61,626 bases of DNA from a virus (Duplodnaviria > Caudoviricetes): positions 1 to 61,626 of the IMG/VR virus record IMGVR_UViG_3300036853_000113; one strand, given 5' to 3'. Below, piece after piece: positions 53,974-61,626 of this stretch. The translations under genes and the position numbers were made by a program. The notes beneath the pieces are model-generated. The model saw nothing but the letters and a program-made list of their open reading frames with translations. It did no database searches and had not been told where the DNA came from. The first letter of the stretch is position 1. Each line of letters starts with the position of its first letter.

Positions 53974-54537
53974 TTACGGTTGAAAATATTCCTGCTCTGG
54001 GTCACCGTCCTTGCGTCGCCAGCCTGTATGAAGCTCGCGAAACCAGCCGTCAGGCGGTCGCGTGTCAGGCGCAGGATTCTCCCACTCTTCCATTGCTTCG
54101 AGCGCATCACGCAGGCTCGGGTAACACCACGACCCGGTAGGACCGTAGTCGTACCTCGATTTGCAGTACAGCAGACGACCGTTGCCGGTAATCGTCCTGT
54201 AGACAGCAACGAGGCCGTCGTCAGGCAGGATGCGCTTGTGCGGGTACTGCGCCGCAGCGTCGAAGATCGTCTCTTCGAGTGCGCCATCTGCTGACAGGTC
54301 GCGCATAAACTTCTCACTTTTTAGGAGTCCTTCGGCGAGCACCTGCGCCGGAACAGCAAACGTGCCATCCATCAGCTTCTGCCTGCTCCTGGCGACGAGC
54401 GCCTGAACTTCAGGGTCGCTGTTGCCATGCTGCTCTTCTATGAAGCGCTCCAGCATCTGTCTCATATAAGCGAAGCGCTCCTCGTCCTTAGACCGCTCTC
54501 TCACCAGCACGAAGTCATCATCGTCTTCTCTGCTCAT
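53974..54537 (-). CDS. Hypothetical protein
   Basis: First gene of the leftward cluster, GAGGGG RBS. Confidence 0.55.
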   Translation of the reverse strand: MSREDDDDFVLVRERSKDEERFAYMRQMLERFIEEQHGNSDPEVQALVARSRQKLMDGTFAVPAQVLAEGLLKSEKFMRDLSADGALEETIFDAAAQYPHKRILPDDGLVAVYRTITGNGRLLYCKSRYDYGPTGSWCYPSLRDALEAMEEWENPAPDTRPPDGWFRELHTGWRRKDGDPEQEYFQP

Positions 54538-54847
54538 AGCACGCTTCCCCCTCCCCTACATAATATGGTAAAGCTTTCCTCGCTGAGCCCAAAGTCCAGA
54601 CGCAGCTCCTGTTGCGTATCGGAAACATAGGCGTGCAATCGTCAATAAATACGCATGCAGTCGTCATGCAAGCCAATCTTTCGATACCTGCACCCAGAAG
54701 CGTCACCGGCCTCCCCTTAACATCCAACAGCACAAAGCAGCAAGTTTTCCCATGCGTCTTATTCTGCCATTATTTTATAAAAGTGCTCCACAGATTAAGT
54801 TGATGGGGTTAATATCTCTGAGTGTCAGAAAGGAGCCATAAGCGCTC

Positions 54848-55315
54848 ATGGCTGTTTCACTTCGATATAGCTGCTCTTATTGTCCCGACAGGTTCACGAC
54901 TGAGCGCGGAAAGAACATCCACCTCGCTCGCCGCCATAAGGACGTCAGCACGTCAGCGTCTAACCCCCTCGCCTGCCCTGAATGTGGCCGGGACGACTTC
55001 AATGACACTAAGCATCTCGGTCGGCATCGCCGGTTCGAGCATAAGGTAATTGGTCGCGCTGCTAGAGCAATGATGAAGAAAATGACTGCGATTGAAAGGA
55101 CTATCCCCAGCAATGAAACGAGCAGCAGCAGCACAGGAAGCACAGCCGCCGCGCCCCCAGCTCCTTCCCCCGAAGCAATCCAAGCGGTCACTTATGCGCT
55201 TGCCGTCGGGGCTGTCAAAGAGTTCTGCCGCCACCATGCTGAAGAGCATGGCATCCCTTCGCGAGAGTTCACCCGGCGATTCGCTGAATTATTTCTTCGT
55301 GAGACGCGCCGGTAG
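54848..55315 (+). CDS. Protein with two C2H2 zinc fingers
   Basis: CSYCPDRFTTERGKNIHLARRH and CPECGRDDFNDTKHLGRHRRFEH; AAGGAG RBS. Confidence 0.7.
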   Translation: MAVSLRYSCSYCPDRFTTERGKNIHLARRHKDVSTSASNPLACPECGRDDFNDTKHLGRHRRFEHKVIGRAARAMMKKMTAIERTIPSNETSSSSTGSTAAAPPAPSPEAIQAVTYALAVGAVKEFCRHHAEEHGIPSREFTRRFAELFLRETRR

Positions 55316-55490
55316 ATACGTCGGAGCATCCTGCATCTGCCCCCACTGCGGTGATCGACCTCCGCGTGGAATGAAAAACAACCGCTGGCGATGGCTTGCC
55401 ATGCACGAAGTCGCCCAACACAACAGGCCACAACCGTAAATCGCTCACGCAGCTCTCACCGGTACGACAGGGGCCGGAGGTCCCTTCTCG

Positions 55491-55811
55491 GTGCTATTCG
55501 CTCAAATAAATATTGATGAACTGAAACAGACGATCTGGCTGATCGTCCTTGAGGCTGCCAATCTACAACGAATGCAGGTCGCCGACCCGATAAACCTCGA
55601 AGCAGACAGTCGCGGCGGTCTGATTCACACTCCCAAGTATCCAGACAATATGAGCGTTCTCGTCGCCTATGAGTGGGACACCGGACCTATCGACCAGCTC
55701 TCACTCTCTGGCGACCTATACAGCTTCCTTGACCACCTTGAGCGAGGCCGCAGACGCCTCAGCAATGGCGGTTTCGGCTACGTGCTCAAGGCTCATGGAG
55801 TCCAAACATGA
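55491..55811 (+). CDS. Hypothetical protein
   Basis: GGAGG RBS; coupled to next gene. Confidence 0.5.
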   Translation: MLFAQINIDELKQTIWLIVLEAANLQRMQVADPINLEADSRGGLIHTPKYPDNMSVLVAYEWDTGPIDQLSLSGDLYSFLDHLERGRRRLSNGGFGYVLKAHGVQT

Positions 55812-56077
55812 ACGGCGAGAGATCGGACCCGAACGAGGTCGGGCGCGCTCTCGCGCCGAGAGAACTTATCGAGCGCACAGTCGTTTGCGTTGCGCGCGAG
55901 GATCGTCCAAGCTTTATGACGCTCTGGGTCGAGCAAGTCACGAAAGATCACATCGTCTTTCAGGCTGGCGCTGCTCGTCCTGTCATCCATTTCATCGTGA
56001 TGCGCCGCCCTGACGACACGCTCGTCGACGACGAAGGCAAGCGCATCCTCGTTCATGAATATCTCGGAGAGGTGTAA
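55808..56077 (+). CDS. Hypothetical protein, paralog 1
   Basis: SDPNEVGRAL..ELIERTVVCV...DDTLVDDEGKR..V.EYLGE. Confidence 0.65.
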   Translation: MNGERSDPNEVGRALAPRELIERTVVCVAREDRPSFMTLWVEQVTKDHIVFQAGAARPVIHFIVMRRPDDTLVDDEGKRILVHEYLGEV

Positions 56078-56081
56078 CCGC

Positions 56082-56357
56082 ATGGTCGGGATCGAAGAAT
56101 CTGACCCAAACGAGATCGGGCGCGCTCTTTCGGCGAACGAACTTATTGAGCGCACAATCGTATGCGTCTCTCTCGACGAAACTCACACACAGTTCGCCTC
56201 GTTCTGGGTCGAGCATGTCGCCGAAGATTATGTTGCTTTTCTGGCAAACGCTGCTCAGCCTGCTATGCATTTCATGGTGATGCGCTTTGCTGATGACACA
56301 CTCGTCGACGCCGACGGCAAGCGTGTCGCCGTTCGCGAGTATCTAGGAGAGGAGTAA
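56082..56357 (+). CDS. Hypothetical protein, paralog 2
   Basis: SDPNEIGRAL..ELIERTIVCV...DDTLVDADGKR..V.EYLGE. Confidence 0.65.
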   Translation: MVGIEESDPNEIGRALSANELIERTIVCVSLDETHTQFASFWVEHVAEDYVAFLANAAQPAMHFMVMRFADDTLVDADGKRVAVREYLGEE

Positions 56358-56360
56358 ACA

Positions 56361-56639
56361 ATGCGCATAGTTGAAGCCGGGGCCCCGACACCGCAGTATT
56401 GGCTATATGAAACAGGTGGCCTGCTCTCGACAGCAGTGATGGCCTACCTGCGCAACGAGCCGATGACCGCAGACGATATAACTCTGATGCGCCGCTACCT
56501 GACGCAGTGGATCACGTCACCTGTGTGGCGAGGCCCCGGCGTCGACAAGCTGCGCCTCGACGTCCACGATATTCGCAGCAGAGCTGACATCGACGCGTGG
56601 CTCTATCGCGCGCTTGAGGAAAACATCGACCCACTCTGA
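56361..56639 (+). CDS. Hypothetical protein
   Basis: GAGGAG RBS. Confidence 0.6.
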   Translation: MRIVEAGAPTPQYWLYETGGLLSTAVMAYLRNEPMTADDITLMRRYLTQWITSPVWRGPGVDKLRLDVHDIRSRADIDAWLYRALEENIDPL

Positions 56640-56850
56640 CAGGGGAGATACAGGTTATGACACCGTACACTGGTGGACTGCGCGTTTCCCTCAAAGAAAC
56701 GCACCGTCAGGCGACGCTGCTCGGGCTAGCGGTGCTGTGCTTACAGCGCCCTGGCTGGGAAGAAATGCTGGGAGAGATTGCCGATCAGCTACATGGTCGA
56801 CAGATGTGGCGCGAGTTTATGCGGCAGAATGCTGACACGGTGCAACGACT

Positions 56851-57495
56851 ATGAAGAGTCCTGTCGCATTACCGAGAGACATGCAGCACTTGCCTGTCGA
56901 CGAGAAGCGCGGATTCGTCGTGCCTTGGTTCGTGCAATGGATCAACGGAGAACCTGAGTTTCGCGTGATGGATCGCCGGAAGTTCTATCAGGCAATCGAG
57001 GAGCATCTCTGCTGGGTCTGCGGTCGTAAGCTGCGCAGCAATCGAAACCCTTTCGTTGTTGGTCCGATGTGCGGAGTGAATCGAGTCAGCTCAGAGCCGC
57101 CGAGTCATCCTGCCTGCGCGCGTTACTCTGCGATGGCGTGCCCGTTTCTTAGCATGCCGAAGATGAGACGTCGTGAGGACGAGCTGATGGCGACTGTGAA
57201 AGTGGCTGGCATCGGCATCAAGCGCAATCCCGGCGTCGCGCTGCTGTGGTTCTCTGACTTCTCGACCTTTGACGATGGCAAAGGCGGCACGCTCTTCAAT
57301 CTGCGCGAGCCTTCAGCGACAGAGTGGTACTGCGAAGGACGACCTGCGACGCGGGAAGAGGTTTTCGCCTCGATTACTTCCGGCCTGCCCATCCTGCAAG
57401 AGACGGCCGAGCAAGACGGTCACGAGGCAGTGCTGCTGCTGCGTCGACAGACTGCGCGCCTGATGCGCTACCTGCCGCAAACGCAGGCGTGGTGA
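56851..57495 (+). CDS. Conserved phage protein with Cys/His motifs
   Basis: VPWFV...LCWVCG...GPMC..NRVSSEPPSHPACARYSAMACPFL. Confidence 0.65.
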   Translation: MKSPVALPRDMQHLPVDEKRGFVVPWFVQWINGEPEFRVMDRRKFYQAIEEHLCWVCGRKLRSNRNPFVVGPMCGVNRVSSEPPSHPACARYSAMACPFLSMPKMRRREDELMATVKVAGIGIKRNPGVALLWFSDFSTFDDGKGGTLFNLREPSATEWYCEGRPATREEVFASITSGLPILQETAEQDGHEAVLLLRRQTARLMRYLPQTQAW

Positions 57496-58357
57496 GCGAA
57501 CAACTATGCAGACGCCTCGACAATGGAGTGCGCTTCAGTTCCTCGCAGCTCTGGAGCCGCTACTCACCGGCACCTGTCCACAGTGCAGCGACGGGCTGAA
57601 AACGCGCGCCGCTTTCATTTCTATTCACTCGCTGGAGTTCGGTGACGCCTGCGCCGGTCAGGGGCGCTGCCTGCAGCTAATGATTCCGTACTGTCCTCGA
57701 TGCGAGCCTGTGCCCGAGGGCTTCGGCTGTATTCACGCGAGGTTGTTCACACCATGAGAATCATCATTCGGCTTTTCATCGAAGGCGTACTCGCCGATGT
57801 CGACGAGGTTGACGCAGCTACACCCGACGACTTCGGAGAGATCTTGCCAGCTTTAGCACTCAAGCACGCTCTGATGGTGGGGAAGACGCGACGCCACATG
57901 ACCGAATTTGAGTTCACAGGGTTGCCGGAAGGGGAACGTTTCATGCGTGTCGGCTCGGACCAGCGCCAGATGGTCGAACCAATGCGGGTCATCATGCTCG
58001 ACCGACACACAATGGAGAAGCACCGTGACAATTGACGACGACGAAAAGTGGTTGAGAGATTTCTTCAAACACGCGAAGGAAGAAATGCTCCCGAAGATGA
58101 AGGGGTCAGCGCTCAGCGTCGTTATCGCGGCTGAACCCGACATCAAGCTGTGCCTCGAAGTCGGCGCGGCAGTTCTTTACGACAAGCCGATCGTGGTCGT
58201 ATTGCCGAAGGGTCGTGCGGTGGGCGCGAATCTGAAGCGCATCGCCTCAGTCATCGTTGAAGGCGAGATAGGCGACCCGGATTTTTCTCAGCGCCTTCAG
58301 GATGCTCTAAAGGCAGTCACCGACAACGACATCAGGGCGAAGTGAGTCTTCTGTCCA

Positions 58358-58597
58358 ATGTATGAGCGAGTCAGCACGACGAAGCACAACGGTGAGCTGC
58401 ACGTCGAGGTCAGAGCAATCTGCGAAGGCGGCTGCAATCGCACCTTTGACTTCCTCGTGCCGCTCGACGACTGGCAGAAGTGGCAATCAGGCGCGCTGAT
58501 TCAAGTCGCGCTGAAGTCAGTTCACAAAGACTTGCGCGAACTGCTGATTTCAGGTCTGTGCGGTTCGTGCTTCGACAACCTAATGAGTGAGGAGTGA
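58358..58597 (+). CDS. Small Zn-ribbon protein
   Basis: CEGGC...LIQVAL...RELLISGLCGSCFD. Confidence 0.6.
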   Translation: MYERVSTTKHNGELHVEVRAICEGGCNRTFDFLVPLDDWQKWQSGALIQVALKSVHKDLRELLISGLCGSCFDNLMSEE

Positions 58598-59247
58598 AAG
58601 AGAAATGGCGGTAGGTCCCGGCAAGTATGATGCGGCCTGCACAAAGGTCCGCGAAGAGACAGGCGGCTCCGTGCTGCTCTGCGTAATCAGTGGCATCTAC
58701 GGCAGCGGGTTCTCAGTGCAGGCGACGCCGTATGTCGCGGCTCACATCGTTGAGATACTGCGTTCGACAGCTGACCAGATCGAGCAGTCGATACCGAGGG
58801 CGTAACGCGATGCCGAGAGAACAGTCCATCGAAGACCTTATCCGCTTCATTCGCGAGCACAGTCATCCTGTCACATCAGATACGCGCCTCGACTACATCG
58901 TCGGCAGTCGGTGCGCTTACGTCGAAGGCTCTGAGGCGTTCGCCTGCTCGATGTGCGGGCGCACAGTCTACCTGTCGGACGGAGCGCAGATGAAGAAGCT
59001 GCGGCCAGAGATTCCAGTCGCTTGCCTGGAATGCGTCGTTAGGGAGGTCAAGTGAAATGAAAAACCTGGAGTCAGGATCGACATCGCTCAGTGCGACAGC
59101 GTGGGTGTATCGAGAGACGCATCAGTCCATCTGCATTCACCAGAAGCGCAGTGAACCCTACATCGAAGAAAAGCAGATTGTCATTCTGAACGCGGAAGAG
59201 ATGTGGGAACTGTATCAGTATTTGCAACGAGTGCTGGAGGTCGAGCG

Positions 59248-59508
59248 ATGAAGCGACGAATCTTTTCCCTACCGGCAGGCGCGCTCGACCCGGAGAAGGT
59301 CATCGCCGCGCGCGAACTGCTCGACTGGACACCGAAAGAATTAGCCGAGGCCGCTGACGTCAATCTCGCGCTGCTCTGTCGCTTCGAGCGCGGACAGGTC
59401 GCAGTGCAGGACATTGAAGATTCTGAACTGCTGCGCGCCATCTTCTACACGTTGCGACGTCACGGCGTCTTCTTTAAGGAAGCAGGCCCGGTCAGGTTTA
59501 CTTCTTAG
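59248..59508 (+). CDS. XRE-family HTH protein
   Basis: IAARELLDWTPKELAEAADV...FERG...LRRHGVFF. Confidence 0.7.
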   Translation: MKRRIFSLPAGALDPEKVIAARELLDWTPKELAEAADVNLALLCRFERGQVAVQDIEDSELLRAIFYTLRRHGVFFKEAGPVRFTS

Positions 59509-59809
59509 GCGTCAGGCGTTCCCGCACCCGCTTGGCCACCTCTTCCGGTATCCGCATTTGAGGATGCTTTCGTCCTGGGATGTACATCACTCCAGGCTCG
59601 TTCTTGAACATTTGCCGAACAGTAGAAGGCCCCACGTGCCACAGATCGGCCAACGTCGCGACCTTGAAGATTTTCTCTTCCTGCTCTCTGTAATGGACCA
59701 GCCTACTTTCGAGCTGATTTATCCTCTCCAGCAATGCCTCGACGACCCTGCGCATTGCCTCTTCTATCTCTTCTTTTGTTGCCACATTTCCAGCATTTTC
59801 CGTGTGCAT
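59498..59809 (-). CDS. Excisionase-like wHTH protein with N-terminal coiled coil
   Basis: FKVATLADLWHVGPSTVRQMFKNEPGV...MRIPEEVAKRV; paralog of 61371-61595. Confidence 0.6.
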   Translation of the reverse strand: MHTENAGNVATKEEIEEAMRRVVEALLERINQLESRLVHYREQEEKIFKVATLADLWHVGPSTVRQMFKNEPGVMYIPGRKHPQMRIPEEVAKRVRERLTPKK

Positions 59810-59829
59810 GTTTTGTGCACAAATTACCA

Positions 59830-60020
59830 TAATTCAGCGCGATTTGAGTAAAAGCGCGTGAATCTACGTGCACACGAAATCAGTAAGTTATAGATTTTAT
59901 AGGGTGTTAGGAGCTTCTCGAAGTATAACTACACCATTTTTTAACTCTACTGTTTTCAGTTGTTTACGGTGATCGTAGAAACCCGTGTGTCGCTTTTGTG
60001 CCTCTTTTCTACTATAATTA
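59830..60020. promoter_or_regulatory. AT-rich divergent region upstream of integrase; candidate attP/promoter
   Basis: AT-rich, TATAAT at ~60013, imperfect inverted GTGCAC-containing repeats ~59795-59880. Confidence 0.35.
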
Positions 60021-60028
60021 GCCTCACC

Positions 60029-61435
60029 ATGAAGACCTCCAGCGAAGATAAATACCAACTGAAATCGCCGCAAGCAATCGTCAAAGCCTATACCCGGCAC
60101 ACAGCGAAATGCCCTCATAGACGAAAGAAGAACTTCAACCAGTGCTCTTGCGCGAAACATCTCAGCATCAGGCTTCGCGGGCAGCAGCCGGTCAGACGGA
60201 CGCTAAACACACCGTCTTGGGCAGACGCGAAAAAGGAAGCCGATAAGGTCATCGAATCGCTCGATCCGAAAAACCAGCGGCTGGCCGAACTGGAGCGCGA
60301 GAAAACGAAACGTGTCTTCGCTCGCGTATCGCTCGCCGAATCAATCACGCGTTTCCTCGAAACCAAGCGACAGGAATTGGCGAAGGACTCCAGAACGCCG
60401 AATCAATATAAGGTTGCAACCAATATGCTGACTGTCTGGGCGAAGGAGCGCAGCGTCACGCATCTAGACGAGATCAAGGACACGGACCTGGAACGCTGGT
60501 ACTGGCAGACGGATGTACCGACAGCTTGGGGTCGGTTGAAGGAGAGCACCCGTTCCCAGCGCTGGACCATGCTGCGCAGCTTCTTTCTTTTCTGTAAAAC
60601 TCGACGGCTGATCGACGACAACCCCATCGCGCTGATTAAGAAGTGCAAGGCGGACAAGTCGGTCCAGGGTCCTTACTCTGTAGCACAGGAAGAGCAGCTA
60701 CTTCAGGCAGCGCTTTCGCTTCCCATTCCCTACTCAATTCCGCGCCGCGACAAGGCGGTCTATCGTCAGCGCCTCTTTGCCTTTATCTTGCTCCTGCGCT
60801 ATACCGGCTCTGACGTCTGCGACGCGATGGAGTTCAGACCGGAACGAATCAGGAGCCAGGAAATTGATGGCGAGCTGGCATTCAGCTACAGCTACTTCCG
60901 GCGAAAGACGCGAAACAGCAAAGCGCACCGAATCCCCTGCGTCATGGAACTGCCTGACTGGGTGGCGAAGACTCTCCTAAACGTTCCCCTGTCGTCGACC
61001 GATTCCGCGGAACTGCCATTCCGCGGCCAAGGTCAACTGCGCTCCGATTTCTGGTCAGCTCCGATCATGCGCTGCTTGACACAGGCCGGGATTACGCACG
61101 TCTCCTGCGGCAAGGGAAACGACAACGTCGAGCGCTTCCATACAGCGAACGTGAAGCAGCTGCGCCACACCTTTGCCGTCCGACAGCTGAGTCTGGGTTA
61201 TTCCTGGGAAGAAGTCGCCGGTATGCTAGGCCACACCGATACCGAGATGATGCGGATTCACTACGCGCCGTTTGTTGACGAGCTCTATACTGCGACGGTT
61301 GCGCGACAGGCAAGAATGCGGAGAGCTGCCGAGGGCTCGACGCGGAAAGCACTCTCAGCGAACCACGGTCTCACCCTCGTTTCCCCAGCTTCGCGTGAAC
61401 TCGCTCAGCTACGCTTTCCGGAATCCGCATCGTGA
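60029..61435 (+). CDS. int: Tyrosine recombinase / integrase with atypical catalytic motifs
   Basis: SAM-like core (LRSFF.FC..RRLIDDNP), RYTGSD, KQLRHTFAVRQL, MLGH, MRIHYA. Confidence 0.85.
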   Translation: MKTSSEDKYQLKSPQAIVKAYTRHTAKCPHRRKKNFNQCSCAKHLSIRLRGQQPVRRTLNTPSWADAKKEADKVIESLDPKNQRLAELEREKTKRVFARVSLAESITRFLETKRQELAKDSRTPNQYKVATNMLTVWAKERSVTHLDEIKDTDLERWYWQTDVPTAWGRLKESTRSQRWTMLRSFFLFCKTRRLIDDNPIALIKKCKADKSVQGPYSVAQEEQLLQAALSLPIPYSIPRRDKAVYRQRLFAFILLLRYTGSDVCDAMEFRPERIRSQEIDGELAFSYSYFRRKTRNSKAHRIPCVMELPDWVAKTLLNVPLSSTDSAELPFRGQGQLRSDFWSAPIMRCLTQAGITHVSCGKGNDNVERFHTANVKQLRHTFAVRQLSLGYSWEEVAGMLGHTDTEMMRIHYAPFVDELYTATVARQARMRRAAEGSTRKALSANHGLTLVSPASRELAQLRFPESAS

Positions 61436-61595
61436 AGTAGCTACGCTTGAGCTTGCGCCCGACACGGCGCGAGGGCTGCCCGATCAACAGGACGCCGTCC
61501 TCGGCTTCGAACAACCTGCGCAGCGTCGCCGTGCTGACGCCCCAGATTTCGGCGAGTTCCTGCAAATGAAAGTGTCTCTCGATGGCGGTCGGCAT
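61371..61595 (-). CDS. Excisionase-like wHTH protein
   Basis: ERHFHLQELAEIWGVSTATLRRLFEAEDGVL...MRIPESVAERV; GGAGG RBS. Confidence 0.65.
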   Translation of the reverse strand: MPTAIERHFHLQELAEIWGVSTATLRRLFEAEDGVLLIGQPSRRVGRKLKRSYFTMRIPESVAERVHAKLGKRG

Positions 61596-61626
61596 TTCTG
61601 AATCCTCCAGGTAATTGGAGTCGATT
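61500..61626. repeat. Terminal direct duplication (copy 2 of 1-127)
   Basis: Exact match to the window start. Confidence 0.9.

Overview
The window is an apparently complete, circularly assembled genome of a lambdoid/HK97-like long-tailed temperate-type phage, about 61.5 kb. Bases 1-127 are repeated exactly at 61500-61626. Several gene families suggest an Acidobacteriota host, which is an inference. The minus-strand late region (about 0.8-34.3 kb) holds lysis, HNH/terminase, portal, protease, HK97 capsid, three GT2 glycosyltransferases, head-tail, tail and fibre genes. The plus-strand early region (34.7-52 kb) holds recombination and replication genes, a GH13 amylase and a secreted propeller protein. 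Many small ORFs and a tyrosine integrase follow. The most striking content is two different putative RNA-guided systems within about 5 kb. (1) A stand-alone 211-aa Cas7/RAMP-like gene (43571-44206) is flanked by four non-coding units, each a 5-nt-periodic GGY-NN tract ending in a conserved GC hairpin and an A-rich tail. These look like guide RNAs with a gapped dinucleotide code (VIPR-like). (2) A nuclease-less Nop/IS110-C-terminal-domain protein (46197-47108, TasA-like) has four dispersed 36-nt dual-repeat TIGR-type arrays totalling about 32 units. A stand-alone HNH gene lies between the two systems, and a Cas4-like nuclease abuts one array. Also notable are a likely +1 frameshift (TTT_CGT) fusing a head-region protein to a glycosyltransferase and an integrase with substituted catalytic residues. 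All family assignments come from reading motifs by eye; no searches were run.
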